Origin: Eledone cirrhosa
Lineage: Eukaryota
Assembly: GCA_964016885.1 (NCBI GenBank)
Contig: OZ024741.1
Location: forward strand, 130,076,001-130,140,000
DNA length: 64,000 nt
Reading direction: 5' to 3'
Part shown: in pieces, positions 1-12,336 of the stretch
Layout: every line of letters starts with the position of its first letter
Position numbering within the stretch: the stretch's first letter is position 1
Position numbers and translations under genes: made by a program
The notes under the pieces: generated by a model
Databases searched by the model: none
Seen by the model: only the letters and a program-made list of their open reading frames with translations
What the model was told of the DNA's origin: nothing

Positions 1-1199
1 CGCTGAAAAGCTTCACACATTTGCCCGGGATCGAGTAGCATGCGCCCGTCGTGGTCCACCAAAGACCGGATCGTGGCTTTGTTGCCACGACGCGCCTCCG
101 CCACTCGGGCCCATTGAACGGCTTTCGTCCCCTCGTGTCTGAGAGCACGCACCCTAGCTCTGACAACGCAGCCTTCGTGCTTTGCATTGAAGAATTGGTC
201 AAGGGCCAATTTCGCCGCAAGCACGTCGGTCGCAATGCCTTTGCTAAGCGCCTCGTCTAATTTTCTAACTAGTTCTCCCTCTGCTCTATTTTTCTCTATT
301 GCTAAAGCCTTACTAAACCTAATCGATTCTATTCTAATCGCTCTTTTCAGAGCAAACCACCACTTGTTGTTGACGATGGCCCCCGTCAACGCCCGCTTAA
401 CTAGTTCGCTAATCCGGTCTCTGTAGGCCTTGCGCGCTGGTAAGGACGCGTTTAGCTTCCAGTAGCCGGGTCCTCGTCTATGAAGCCTATCTAAGTCAAG
501 CACACAGATCACGAATTTGTGGTCCGTGTAGCTGACTATCTTGAATTGTGGACAGCCTATGCTAGACCTATCTATTTCCCTACAAAATACTCTATCTAGA
601 TATGATCTGGATGACCCTATGCGGTTTGTCCAAGTCCACATTGGCACATTCGGGAAATCCAATCGGTACCTGTCAGACAGTTCAAAACGCCTGAGCAGGT
701 TGGTGAGGCTCTTGCACCCTCCACCCCTATCCGCTAATCCCACACAGTCCCAGCGTGCATCTAAGATCCCGTTCCAGTCGCCCACTAACACTAAAGAGCG
801 GGACGTTCCAAGAAAGGTCTCCAGACGCCGGAAGAAATCAGGCCGCCCTGCTCCTGTCGGGGCATAGACGGCCACTAGCCTGAAAGCTTGCCCGTCTCCG
901 CTGGTCACGTCCAGCACCACCAGCTTACCCTCTGGGTCCAGGAAGATGGCCCGTATGGCGAGATCCAAACCTCTCCGAAAAAGCACAGCAACTCCTCCAC
1001 CGGATCCAGGACGGCTGGGAGATGCGTACACATCGAAGCCGCCGAAGATCGGTGCGAAGGCCCGTGCTTCGGAGATTCTGGTCTCGCTGATGGCCACTAC
1101 ATCTATGTTTAGTGACCTGAGGTCGTTGAGCAGGTGACCCTGCTTCCATGACGACCCCAAGCCACGCGCATTTATGCTGCCTATTCTGAGTGAGGTCAT
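1..1199 (-). CDS. LINE ORF2 N-terminus (APE endonuclease), partial at the window edge
   Basis: Manual translation from ATG at 1199 gives MTSLRIGSINARGLGSSWKQGHLLNDLRSLNIDVVAISETR. GPGYWKLNASL at about 470 is in the same frame. Probably absent from the ORF track because it runs off the window edge. Confidence 0.85.
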   Translation of the reverse strand, partial: MTSLRIGSINARGLGSSWKQGHLLNDLRSLNIDVVAISETRISEARAFAPIFGGFDVYASPSRPGSGGGVAVLFRRGLDLAIRAIFLDPEGKLVVLDVTSGDGQAFRLVAVYAPTGAGRPDFFRRLETFLGTSRSLVLVGDWNGILDARWDCVGLADRGGGCKSLTNLLRRFELSDRYRLDFPNVPMWTWTNRIGSSRSYLDRVFCREIDRSSIGCPQFKIVSYTDHKFVICVLDLDRLHRRGPGYWKLNASLPARKAYRDRISELVKRALTGAIVNNKWWFALKRAIRIESIRFSKALAIEKNRAEGELVRKLDEALSKGIATDVLAAKLALDQFFNAKHEGCVVRARVRALRHEGTKAVQWARVAEARRGNKATIRSLVDHDGRMLLDPGQMCEAFQ

Positions 1200-1234
1200 G
1201 TTTAAAATAGAGTGGAAAAGATGGGAAAGACCAC

Positions 1235-3310
1235 TTACCGTACTTTTGGTAGAGGAGGGATGGTTTTTACATCCCTTTTCACTTGATCGTCTGGTGAAGG
1301 GACCGTTGAATCGTCCCTTCGGCTGGTCGTCGGCTCTTCTAAGAGAATGTCTGAGTATACTCTTCGATTGATGGTTCCTCCTAGGTCCCTGAAATCACCA
1401 ACTGCGTTGGGGAATTTCGTTTTAATATTTGTGTATTGTTTCTGTGCTATTTTTAGCAGTCTTATGTTAGTTGGCGTTTTGATTGGTGCTGGTATTATGT
1501 AGTCCTGTTGTGAAATGTCTGTGTGTTCAATTATGTAAGTCATTAGTTTCTTGTTGTGTGTATTTATTGCCGTGCATTTGTTTTTCTGGGGGTGGGGTGT
1601 GGTTCTGCTATTTTCTTGTCGTTGTTGCTGGGTGTGTGTGTTTTGTTGTTGTGTTTGCGATGTTGGTGCTTGTGGTGGTGGTGTTGAAGGTGTTGTTGGC
1701 GGTGGGGTTGTCGCCGGTGGTGATGGTGGTGCTAGTGTGGGTGGTGATGGTGTTGGTGGTGTTGCTGCTGTGGGTCTCTTTGCAGTAGACTTTACCCTTT
1801 TCTCATTTCTTTCCTCTCTTTTCAAAGGCGACGATGCGCTGCTTCTGCGTTTGTGCCTTCTTACGACCTTTTGCCATCCCTCTCCCACCTCACACTCCAT
1901 GTCTGATTCTGTGAGGTCGGGGAGGGGTACCAGCTCCACTCTTTCACTTGTTGTTGTTGGTGATGTTTGCACTGGAGTCTCTGTTGCAGCTGCATTTGGT
2001 ATTGCTGTTGTTGTTAATATTTCCACTGCTGCTGCTGTTTTTGATTTCCGTGGAGTGGGTATGGGTGCCACGGACCTATCGTTCCTGGTTGCCGCTTGTC
2101 TTGTTGCTGGTAGCCGTGGAGCCGGATTCGGAAGGAGGGGGGTTTTCTCCTTTCTCAGGGTCTTCTCGTTGCAGAAGGCCCTGAGGTGAGTCTTCGATCC
2201 ACAGCGAAAGCATTTCGGGCGTTTGCCCTCAACACTTATGGGCAGTTGAGTGCCGTTATCGAAGTCTATCACATCCAGGTTAGCTTCGATGCACTCCTGG
2301 TTGGTTTGGATTAGCATCTCAATGGAGGAGCCGACCCAATCTTCTCTTACTTTTTTCTGTACTTGCAGTACAGTTGTTTTGTCCTCGATTCCGACGAGGA
2401 CAGACGCGGCCAGCCAAGAAGGGGTCATTCCGGGGGGGGGGGGGGGGACGTGGGTCAGTTTGACCCTCACAATTTTTTGCCCGCAGTAGGAGGGCACCAA
2501 CACCATTTCCTCGCTCATTAGGGTCACTACTGATTGGGCCTTTGCCTCCTGGGGTGTGGCAAAAAGTACGTCTACGGTGGCATATTTTTTGCCTCGGGTG
2601 ATGTGCGTTTTCCGCTGCCACACAGACCCCAAGGCTTTTTGTATTTGGGCCTCTGTGGCTCTTTCCACCCTACGGGATTTTGTACTTACTGTACGGTACG
2701 TGACCGTACAGTGCTCTTGGGTTTCGAAAAATTTTTCCGCTGCCTTGCAGATTGCTCGGTGTCCGTTCTTTGTCACCATCTTCTTCGCTTCCTCTAATTC
2801 CTCATTTGTTATGAGGATTGTTTCCAAGTTTTTCGCAATACCTGCAAATGAGATTGGTTTTTCTCTGCTGTTGTTGTTGTCGTCAGAGCTGCTGGTACTT
2901 TTGTTGTTGCTGCAGGTACTACGACTACTGCCTCCGCCGCTGTTGCTGTGGTTGTTGTTGGTGTTGCTGCTGCTAATGCTGTTGTTGTTCATGCTGCTGG
3001 TGATGTTGTTGCGGCTGCTACTGTTGTTTTCATTGTCACTGTTGCTGTTGTTATTACGGCTGCTACTGCTATTATTCCTGACGTCAGACGAATGAAGTGG
3101 GTTTTCGTATTTCCCGCACACCTGTTTCGTCGTTGTCGTCGTCGTCGTGGAGAAATCTTGCACGCTTTGCACGAGACTTTTCTTTTCTTTCGTCGCTTGC
3201 GAAAGAGAAGGGAGGGAGAGAGACAATCTTCTCTCTGCTGTAGTGATGATTGAGGAAGAAGAAGACGGAATGAGTGGGAGTGACCTATGAAAATTCTTTT
3301 TCGTAGCCAT
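1235..3310 (-). CDS. LINE ORF1 (gag-like nucleic-acid-binding protein)
   Basis: 691-aa open frame with zinc knuckle CFRCGSKTHLRAFC, plus N/S-rich and P/T-rich low-complexity tracts. Confidence 0.85.
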   Translation of the reverse strand: MATKKNFHRSLPLIPSSSSSIITTAERRLSLSLPSLSQATKEKKSLVQSVQDFSTTTTTTTKQVCGKYENPLHSSDVRNNSSSSRNNNSNSDNENNSSSRNNITSSMNNNSISSSNTNNNHSNSGGGSSRSTCSNNKSTSSSDDNNNSREKPISFAGIAKNLETILITNEELEEAKKMVTKNGHRAICKAAEKFFETQEHCTVTYRTVSTKSRRVERATEAQIQKALGSVWQRKTHITRGKKYATVDVLFATPQEAKAQSVVTLMSEEMVLVPSYCGQKIVRVKLTHVPPPPPGMTPSWLAASVLVGIEDKTTVLQVQKKVREDWVGSSIEMLIQTNQECIEANLDVIDFDNGTQLPISVEGKRPKCFRCGSKTHLRAFCNEKTLRKEKTPLLPNPAPRLPATRQAATRNDRSVAPIPTPRKSKTAAAVEILTTTAIPNAAATETPVQTSPTTTSERVELVPLPDLTESDMECEVGEGWQKVVRRHKRRSSASSPLKREERNEKRVKSTAKRPTAATPPTPSPPTLAPPSPPATTPPPTTPSTPPPQAPTSQTQQQNTHTQQQRQENSRTTPHPQKNKCTAINTHNKKLMTYIIEHTDISQQDYIIPAPIKTPTNIRLLKIAQKQYTNIKTKFPNAVGDFRDLGGTINRRVYSDILLEEPTTSRRDDSTVPSPDDQVKRDVKTIPPLPKVR

Positions 3311-3527
3311 GTTGTTTTTTTTTGTTTAAAATAAATATTGGGCACAAAACCCCAATAAGCAGTTATTTAACCCTAAAGAGCCAAATAACGGGCAGAAAGA
3401 CCCCTCTCACGAGGAGGAGGGTGTTTTTGCCTACAAGTTCGTTAAGGTTTTAAACAATTTACAATTGTTATAGCGTTCAAAATTTACAATACCTTACAGA
3501 GCCGAGCCTCCGTCAACCATAGCATTC

Positions 3528-3567
<40 letters not shown>
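3528..3567. repeat. (AAT)n microsatellite
   Basis: Direct reading. Confidence 0.95.
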
Positions 3568-3569
<2 letters not shown>

Positions 3570-3571
<2 letters not shown>

Positions 3572-4115
3572 TATAACCACCTCCCATACTTGAAAAAGAT
3601 CACATCTCAATCTTGTGGAACTTTAGCATCCAAACAGACCGAAAAATAGATGCAAATAGACCTGATATAATATTGAAGGACTTTAAAAAGAGGGTATGCC
3701 TGCTAATTGATATGTCCGTTCCAATAGACAAGAATGTATCTATAAAAACATTTGAAAAATTGAGCAAGTATAAGGACCTGGAGATAGAAATTGGAAAAAT
3801 GTGGAAATTGAGAACTAAAACAATACCAGTGGTTGTGGGCGCTCTGGGAATGATACCTAAGGGGTCTAATGATTACTCATCACAAATCCCAGGAAACCCG
3901 CGTATAGGAGAAATACAAAAGATAGTACTAATGGGAACTGCCCATATACTAAGGAAGATTCTGTCAATATAAGCACATCACAAGTCTAAACACTAAAGAT
4001 GCATGTGTGAGTATGTATATTCTTTCTTGAACATGGCGGACCTTGTTGTCTCTTGAGGTCACTAGTTGTGACTTGGTGATAACTCGTATGAAAATAAAGC
4101 AAGATAAATGCAACT

Positions 4116-4117
<2 letters not shown>
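3570..4117 (+). mobile_element. 5'-truncated R4/Dong-type non-LTR retrotransposon (restriction-like endonuclease plus 3' UTR) between two (AAT)n tracts
   Basis: ORF 3613-3972 reads WNFSIQTDRKIDANRPDII...IDMSVP...KLSKYKDL, the PD-(D/E)xK RLE motif. The element ends in (TAA)n. Confidence 0.85.
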
Positions 4118-4158
<41 letters not shown>

Positions 4159-4177
4159 ATACATACATACATACATG

Positions 4178-6480
4178 CATTCACCAATCCTCGATATGAG
4201 TGTTCAAATGTCGAACCTAAAAAGTTCGAATAACGGTGAAGAGGAGACTGGAACGTCATGTGAAAGACTCTCACCCAGCAAGTCCTCCCTGGCCCAGCAG
4301 CAGGGACCTAGCTGTCATCCAAATACTGCTGGTGTTGGAGGAAGAAGAAGAAGGAAAGGGACAAGAACCAACTGGACAAAAGAATTGAATAGAACTGTCA
4401 TGGAATGTTACCTGAAGAGTAACCCCAAGGAAAAAGGCTATAGGAAACGGATGCATGACATCTGGAATGAGATTGGTCTATTTAAATTAGATGAACAAAA
4501 ATTGGCCGGGTAGGCTCGGGTAATAAGAACTAATGGATGGATAAGCGAGCTGGAACTGGAGGAACTGAACAGAGAGATTAGGTTGGAAATGGAGAGTGGA
4601 GTATGCCAGACAAGCGAGCCAGTGGGAAATGAAGGTGAAGAGGTTGAGAGACCTGAGGAAGCACCCGAAGCAGACAATAATCTGAATGCTGAAATACATA
4701 ACATCTGGAACAAAGATATGGCCATTGAGGAAATGAATGCTGACGGGCTAGGACAAGATTTGGTTGATATCCTGAACTTAGTGGTAGATGAAATGAACAA
4801 TGATAGGGGAAAACCTATGAACCTAAGATTTGTAGACAGGAAAAAGTTAAAAGAAACAACAGCTAAGGTAAACAAAGTCATCCCATACCTTGAGGCGAGG
4901 AACTTTCACCAATGCAACAATATCCTCAAAGCAACAGCAAATGCGGTGTGGAAATTACTTGGCATAAAAACGAGAGGAAACAACAAACAAGAAAGATCAG
5001 AACATTGGTGGAAGAAATGACTGAATGGTCAAATCAAGGAAATGAGAAAAGACATTGGAAAGCTTGAGTCCCTACTGAATGGGACATTACAAAACATAGA
5101 CACTAAAAATAGACTGGAAATAAAGTACAAAACTAGGGGGAAAAAGCTAAATATTATCATAGAGGAACTGAAGCAACGCATTGTAGCAAAAAGTGCAAAA
5201 ATTATGAGAGCAGAGTCAGTCAGTATAGACAGAACCGCATGTTTGACAAAAACCTGATGTTGTTTGGACAGCTTGAAGGGAAAAGAAAGAGGCAACGACT
5301 TGATCCTTGAGACGGAACAGACTAAGACATTCTGGAGAGGAATATGGGAGCAGGATGTTGAACATAATGGTCAGGCAGTGTGGATTGATACAGTACAAAA
5401 GGAGATTAGTGAACAAGCACACCAACAAACTGATTTGAGTATCACAGTTGAAACTCTTATGGGGCAGGCCAAAAAACTAACCAACTGGAAATCACCAGGC
5501 CCAGATGGTGTGCAGGGGTATTGGATTAAACATATAACATCCCTCTACCCGAAACTGACAACCATGTTCAATGACTGCTTGATGTCGGGTGAGGTACCAG
5601 AGTGGTTGACAAAAAGTACCACAAATCAAGACCGAATCAAGGGTAATGATGTTACCAACTATAGACCTATCACATGTCTGTCAGTAATGTGGAAACTGTT
5701 AACAAGCATTGTGTCTGAGGAAATTTACCATCACCTCCACATAAACAACTTGCTACCGAACGAACAGAAAGGATGCCAAAAGAAGTCCTGCGGTACAAAA
5801 GACCAGTTACTTATTGATAAGATAGTAATGAAGAATTGCAAGAGGAGACACACCTGTCTTGTCATCGGATGGATAGATTATAAAAAGGCATTCGACATGT
5901 TACCTCATTCTTGGATAACCAAAAGCCTAGAGATCTTCAAGGTGGCAGATAACATCAGACAGTTGTTGAACAAAAGTATGAAGTCCTGGAAAACAGAGTT
6001 AACATCGGAGTCGGTGATAGAAAACGATCAGCTGAAGGTGCTATGGGATTTTAGCATACAGACGGACAAGAAATTAAAACACAATAGGCCTGACCTGGTG
6101 GTTTTGGACAAGGAAAAAAGATCGTGCTTGATTGTAGATGTAGCCTGCCCATTTGACACGAGAGTGCAAGAAAAGGAGAGGGAGAAAATTAACCGATACC
6201 AGGACTTAAAGTGGGAAGTAAAAAAGATTTGGAACTGCCATGAAGTCAAGGTCGTCCCGATTGTGATAGGCGCACTAAGTACTATCTCAAAGAGTTTCCA
6301 AGGATGGTTAAAGAAGATTAGTCCAGCCCCGCTTTTTGGAACACTTGAAAAGGCATGCTTGCTGGGAACAGCAAGAACCCTCCGATACGTCCTGAATATC
6401 TGAGGCTGCAGGTAACGGCTTGATATTCATTTCAACAAACTTTCCAGTTAAATAACATCAATGACTGAGACTCAAAGAAT
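4178..6480 (+). mobile_element. R4/Dong-type retrotransposon with intact N-terminus and an internal deletion; pseudogenised
   Basis: Same-frame ORF pieces 4043/4583/5042/5264-6403 contain NWTKELNRTVMECY, KSPGPDG, NYRPITCL, WIDYKKAFD and then directly the RLE RPDLVV. Ends in (AAT)n. Confidence 0.85.
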
Positions 6481-6499
6481 AATAATAAAATAATAATAA

Positions 6500-6805
6500 T
6501 AATGATTTCTTTATTGGTCACAAGGGCTAACATGAAGAAAAACATTACAGACGGCGCAGGACGATACAAATTGGCATTTGGCCGTGTAAAAAGGTTATAA
6601 AAGACAGAAACGTGTAAAATTAATCAAAATTCAAACAACAAAAATTCCCCCAAGAAGGGGAAAGCCTCTGAGGGTCACTCGTGGCGAAAACCATACAAAA
6701 GACCACGGCCACCCTGACCACTAGGGCAAGCGCCCTCTCTCAGTTTTCCCATTCCTCAGTCGACAGGCGCATACTCAGAGTTCACTCGCGCTAGATTCAT
6801 TATTA
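6500..6805 (-). mobile_element. Short 3' fragment of a Tx1-like LINE inside an (AAT)n tract
   Basis: Minus strand reads MNLARVNSEYAPVD-stop, similar to the ORF2 end near 18890. The 3' UTR ends CCAATAAAGAAATC-(ATT)n. Confidence 0.55.
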
Positions 6806-6810
6806 TATAA

Positions 6811-6860
<50 letters not shown>

Positions 6861-7144
6861 GAAGAAGAAGAACAACAACAACAGCAGCAACAACAACACC
6901 AGTAACCACAATAACAATAACAACAACAACAACGACAACAACAACAAAACCTAAAACAACAGCAACAACGTCAATATAAACAAGAGAATATTTAGATTAT
7001 CTGATAGTAGCAATTGAATCTTAGCTTGCACCGAAACTTATCCCCGTGGAGCGACATTTTATCGAGCGAATAACATCGAGATATTATCAACAACTACGTT
7101 ATTACAAACTTCTCCATATCTCATTCAGTGTGAACAATGAGGAG

Positions 7145-7184
7145 TATATATATATATATTATATGTGTGTGTGAGAGAGAGAGT

Positions 7185-7262
<78 letters not shown>

Positions 7263-7348
7263 ATAAATTAACGGAGCCATAGACTCTCGTTATTCCCTGT
7301 CAAACATGTGGCACACTATCTCTCTTTAGTGTGTTACCTTTTCAACAT

Positions 7349-7397
<49 letters not shown>

Positions 7398-7438
7398 ATA
7401 TATATATATATATATATGTGTGTATATATATATATATA

Positions 7439-7489
<51 letters not shown>

Positions 7490-7641
7490 GAGTGTATGTG
7501 TGTGTGTGTGTGTGTGTGTGTACATACGGCGGATTTAGGAATGAATGGGAAAGAAATTGTCTTCGTGGTGGCATCTGTCTGCGAGTAAATTCTTCGTTTC
7601 GTCTGGATGCCAAGTGCTTGTTTTTGTGCGCGCGCGCGCAC

Positions 7642-7738
<97 letters not shown>

Positions 7739-8000
7739 TCCACACACACGCTCGGATATGCTGTAGGGCGTAAGATGTGGGGAAGTGTCAGAAAAGATTC
7801 TATGCAGGGGATACAGAATTCAAATGGGTGTGTTGATATTTTATATACGTATACATATATACATACATACATACATACATACATACATACATACATACAT
7901 ACATACATACATAACACATACATGCACACACACACCGACATACATACTCAAATACATGCATACATACACACAGACATACATATATACATACATATATGTA
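7145..8000. repeat. Compound (TA)n/(TG)n/(CA)n/(TACA)n microsatellite block
   Basis: Direct reading; explains the [12 protein letters not shown] ORFs here. Confidence 0.95.
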
Positions 8001-8812
8001 TATTAGGTCAAAATCTGTGCCAAGAGTACTCCCACACCAACACCAGCATCACCTCAACCACCATCACCTCCATCACCACCACCAACAACAACACCAACAC
8101 GACAACATAATTCTTCACACCCCGGGGCTGGTGTTTGAAGTATGACGTAAGCGGATCATTCTTATGGATGTGTTCAGTAAATATTAGAGAAGGGTGTTTT
8201 GTAAGGATGAGTGAGTGGAGCATAGCAGTGAGGTGTTGTTGGTGGGGATGTGGTGGTGGTGGTGGTGGTGGTGATAGTGAAGGGTAGATGAAGCGGTTGT
8301 GGTTATGGTGGTAAAAAGTGGATAAGGTAGTGGTGAAGGGAGGATGAAGTGGTGCTGAGGGTGAAGTGTGGATGAAGCGGTGTTGGTACGTCTAGGCTCA
8401 AAGAACACAAATTGCACTTACTAGACACGTGCATCATATATGAAGTGTACAGGGGCGACAGTATTCGATATACATATATATATCCTAAATCCAAAACCCA
8501 GGGCCTTCTCACGCCTGCTGAAGGAACTCCTCCCTGGTTGACCTTAACCGCTTTCTATCTCTGGGCATATTGGGCCTTATGGGGCCGAGATATAGAGCCA
8601 GATCGTCGCGCCATTGGTTCGTCTCCAGTGTCTTGGTGTCCATTCTAAATATATATATTCTTTAATTGGTTTCAGTTATTAGATTCCAGTACTTAATTTT
8701 CAAGTGTGGCATCTGTTTTATCGTACCGCAATGTACCGGACACAACCTCACACAAACATAAACACACCTACACATACATATATGTATGTACACACACACA
8801 CACCCACACACC

Positions 8813-8861
<49 letters not shown>

Positions 8862-8862
<1 letters not shown>

Positions 8863-9047
8863 GTGGTCGTGTAGGTGTCTCGACAGAAATCACCTAAACC
8901 CGCACTGTAAATATGGTTGGAGTTGCCAGAAACAGTACTATATGAGTTAGACACGGTCACCCGGCCCAAATTGTCTCTAAATGGGACAAACCCGTCTAAA
9001 CCATGCTAGCGGGGTAGATGGACGTTAAACTATGATGGTGGTGGTGA
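8862..9047 (+). mobile_element. RTE LINE 3' UTR/tail fragment
   Basis: ACCCGTCTAAACCATGC...TGGACGTTAAACTATGATG matches the 3' end of the RTE at 31885-31935. Confidence 0.6.
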
Positions 9048-9119
9048 TATTGGTTCCAGTCATTAAATCAAAGTAGATAATTTTCCAGTCAGATGTATTT
9101 GACAATGAAAACTAATACA

Positions 9120-9266
9120 CATTGTTTCTGAGGATGAACAGTATAATGAATATATTTCGTCGAGGCCAATACTCTGATACTCTGGCTTTGCATGACTGCT
9201 ATTGGTTAGTAATCATGTCGATACAATCTTAATCTATTTTCCATTTGAAACGATAGTAAAACAATG
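9120..9266 (+). ncRNA. Type I hammerhead ribozyme motif with a long stem II insert
   Basis: CATTGTTT-CTGAGGA-(about 110 nt)-GAAA-CGATAG-TA-AAACAATG: 8-bp stem I and a GUA cleavage triplet. Confidence 0.65.
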
Positions 9267-9382
9267 AATTAATTAAGTAATAAATATATGTATGTAGAGG
9301 TTATATTTAATTTGTTGGGATACAACAAGCAAAATATTTTTATAACTGATATAAAGCACTCAACAAATTATTGGAGTAAATA

Positions 9383-9636
9383 TACAATATATTAACAAAT
9401 TGAAACTATATTTATAAAACCATATTTATTTTATTATACATATTTCAATCTCCAGGAGATTCCAACCAGAATGGTTGCATTTTTTAAGGGTATGTCAATA
9501 TTTATTTATAAAACTAACCTATATTATATTTTATCTGATGAAAGCGCACCATACTTTGCTCTGGTGGGCCTTGAAATATGTATAATGAAATAAGTATGGT
9601 TTTATAAATATAGTTTCCATTTGTTAATATATTGTA
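9383..9636 (+). mobile_element. Fold-back PLE pLTR fragment with HHR (9531-9590)
   Basis: Arms 9383-9448 and 9571-9636 are inverted. TTAT-CTGATGA-hairpin-GAAA-TATGTA-TA-ATGA. Same family as the motifs at 21443 and 41012. Confidence 0.7.
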
Positions 9637-10539
9637 TGTATGTATGTATGTATGTATGTATGTATGTATGTTCTTCTGGTTTTATAATTTCACAAAGTTT
9701 TACCAATAGAGAGAGAGTCGGTTTCTAACATAGACACAAGACTCTCTCATTGGAATTTACACATCAACTAGCTAGATATGTATGTATGCATGCATGTGTA
9801 GATATGAATGTTATTGTATGTGTGGATGTGTATGTTTTGAGTTGTATATGTGCATGTGTATATGCTTTGCATCTGTAGATGTGTATACGCAGTTATTAGA
9901 TGCAATATTTTTGGAATGTTTTACATATTTTTACTGTTCCATTAATGTATGTATGTATGTATGTATGTATGTATGTATGTATGTATGTATGTATGTATGT
10001 ATGTATGTATGTATGTATGTATGTATGAGTGTGTATGTGTGTGTGTGTTCGTGCAGGATATCCTTAGATAAGGACCAAGGTATACAATGCTTAATCTATT
10101 TCAAGAAGAGAGTTTATTTAGTATAATTAAGATTTCAAAATTTCTTACCTGTTATGTGTATGAAATTTTAATTATACCATATATATATATATAATAGCTC
10201 GTTTGTTTGTCTCCTTCCAGTGGTCCAATCATGTTCAAACTTGGTATGTGAGTTCCTTAGACTCAGGGATAAAATGTTCTCACACATGGTCTTATATTTA
10301 ATTGTTTATATGTTTGTATGTCTGTTTGTCAATCTGTGGTAATGGTGGTCGTCATGAGTTATCATATTCACTACGACGGAATGTGATGGAAAATATAGGG
10401 ACTGAAGAAGTGAGAATTTGAGTAAAAGTCATCACACGTGATATTTAATAGAGCGCTGAAAGCTAAAGATGGAATTAAGCAAGTAAGTTAATAATGCATG
10501 AACGAATAGAGAAAGAAACAGATAAAAAAACGAAGAAAT

Positions 10540-11720
10540 TGAACATCACGAGTCCAAAATAGTAGCCGACAATAAAGCAACAGACATGCGTTTGCTTCAG
10601 GCATATGGTATCTTTGGTTTGACTATCAATTTAAAGAAAGTTTTTGTCAACTGCACTTGGTCAAACTGTGAAACTACCTAAAATATATGTGAAAGATAAT
10701 CTTAAATTTGTTGAATCCTTCACATATCTTGGGAGTGCAGTAAATAAAGATGGAACATCGGTTTCAGGTAATTTAAAATGATTCAAAAGGCAGCAAAATC
10801 AGTTGGTAGTTTAGAACCTCGTGTATGGTGACAAAGACATCAAGAATGAAACGAAAATATCTGTTTATACATTCTTTGTGTTATCCTCTTATCCTCAGCC
10901 TCCTGAAACTTGAATGAATTGTGAATATCACTTTATACTCCTGGAACGATTCCATACAAAATACCTTATTCTGAAAATATAATGGAATCCATTCACTCCT
11001 GACTCTAATGTCTTAGCTGCATCTGGTATTTGTTCCAACCAGGCTATAATTTTAATAAACAAACTGTGAAGGTTTGAACTACAACCCGCGTTGCTGAGTG
11101 TTACCGAGCGTATCACCAAGCAGCTGTTTTATAGGGAACATGCTCATGGAAGAGGAAACAGTGTGAGCCAAAGAATAGGTTATGGATCATTGAAGGAAAC
11201 CATAAAGAATGTAGGAATTGATACAAAAAATGAAAGTCTCACAGCGGATCCCTCTACCTGACGTTCAAAAGTCTGGGATGGTGTGAAAACATTGGAGTAA
11301 AACAGAGGCTATGCAAGTAAATGTTAAGAGGAAAATCAGAAAAAAACACCAAAGGGGGAAATGAATTTAATAGAACTTTTGCAACTTGTACAGTTCTGGC
11401 AAAAGAGCCTGGACCTCAATCTCATATAATAGCACATAGAAGGGCACTTCCTACTGATTACAGAACATACTTACCAGTACACACATAACATTGCCATATA
11501 TGCCACAAGGTCTGTAAATCTCAAGAAGTCCTGAAGAGATATTAGAAAGCTCAGCAAGTTCAGACGCTACAGCTCAAGCTGCACGAAAACTAATGTGTAT
11601 TCTATGTGGACGTCTGTTTAAAAGTATGTTTGGGTTAAAAGGCCACATATAATGGCATAAGAGAACTGAGCATCATGTAGACTGAAGTGGTCAATCTTAC
11701 AAACAAAGCCACACACAAAT
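10540..11720 (+). mobile_element. Degenerate RTE-type LINE 3' part with C-terminal C2H2 zinc fingers
   Basis: Fragments FGLTINLKK, VESFTYLGS, CHICHKVCKS and CILCGRLFKSMFGLKGHI, with many stops and frameshifts. Confidence 0.65.
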
Positions 11721-11747
11721 ACGTGAATATAGATTACATGTATTATA

Positions 11748-11897
<150 letters not shown>

Positions 11898-11980
11898 GGA
11901 GGTGAGTTTTATTGTAGTACAATAAAGCAATGCAGATATCGGATAAGAAGCACTCTACAGTTTGTAGGACTGGAGTATAC

Positions 11981-12320
11981 ATAATATAAGATCAAAAGAT
12001 GGTTAAAGGAGTTCCATGTATTTTATTATGCGCATTTCAAAAACAAACATCATCATGCAATAATATTTGTGTTTTCATCAGATAAAACAGGAGAACATGA
12101 TATGAAGGCTAAAAAACACTTGTGGATAGTGCAGCTTTAAATCAACATATTGATATGTTGATTTAAAGCTGCACTATCCACAAGTGTTTTTTAGCCTTCA
12201 TATCATGTTCTGTTTTATCTGATGAAAACACAAATATTATTGCATGATGATGTTTGTTTTTGAAATGCGCATAATAAAATACATGGAACTCCTTTAACCA
12301 TCTTTTGATCTTATATTATA
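11981..12320. mobile_element. 340-bp near-perfect palindrome with an HHR on each arm
   Basis: Centre ATCAACATAT-TG-ATATGTTGAT at about 12151. Plus HHR 12213-12279 is TTTTAT-CTGATGA-stemII-GAAA-TGCGCA-TA-ATAAAA; its mirror is 12021-12087. Confidence 0.85.
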
Positions 12321-12336
12321 TATATATATATATATA

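Larger units (their letters stand above)
1..3527 (-). mobile_element. Tx1/L1-clade LINE, 5' half (5' UTR, ORF1, start of ORF2), running off the window start; 5' end abuts an (AAT)n tract
   Basis: ORF1 with a CCHC knuckle is followed 36 bp later by an APE-type endonuclease ORF2. Confidence 0.9.

Noticed and set aside
1483-3345. Alternative-frame ORFs overlapping LINE ORF1
   Set aside because: Shadow frames of low-complexity ORF1 sequence.
6995-7045. CTGATAG...GAAA motif (also at 14833)
   Set aside because: The core deviates at positions 8-9 and no stem I or III pairing was found.
11468-11585. Minus-strand exon ending in CTG|GTAAGT
   Set aside because: The plus strand encodes the decayed C2H2 tail of the RTE fragment, and no in-frame acceptor was found.
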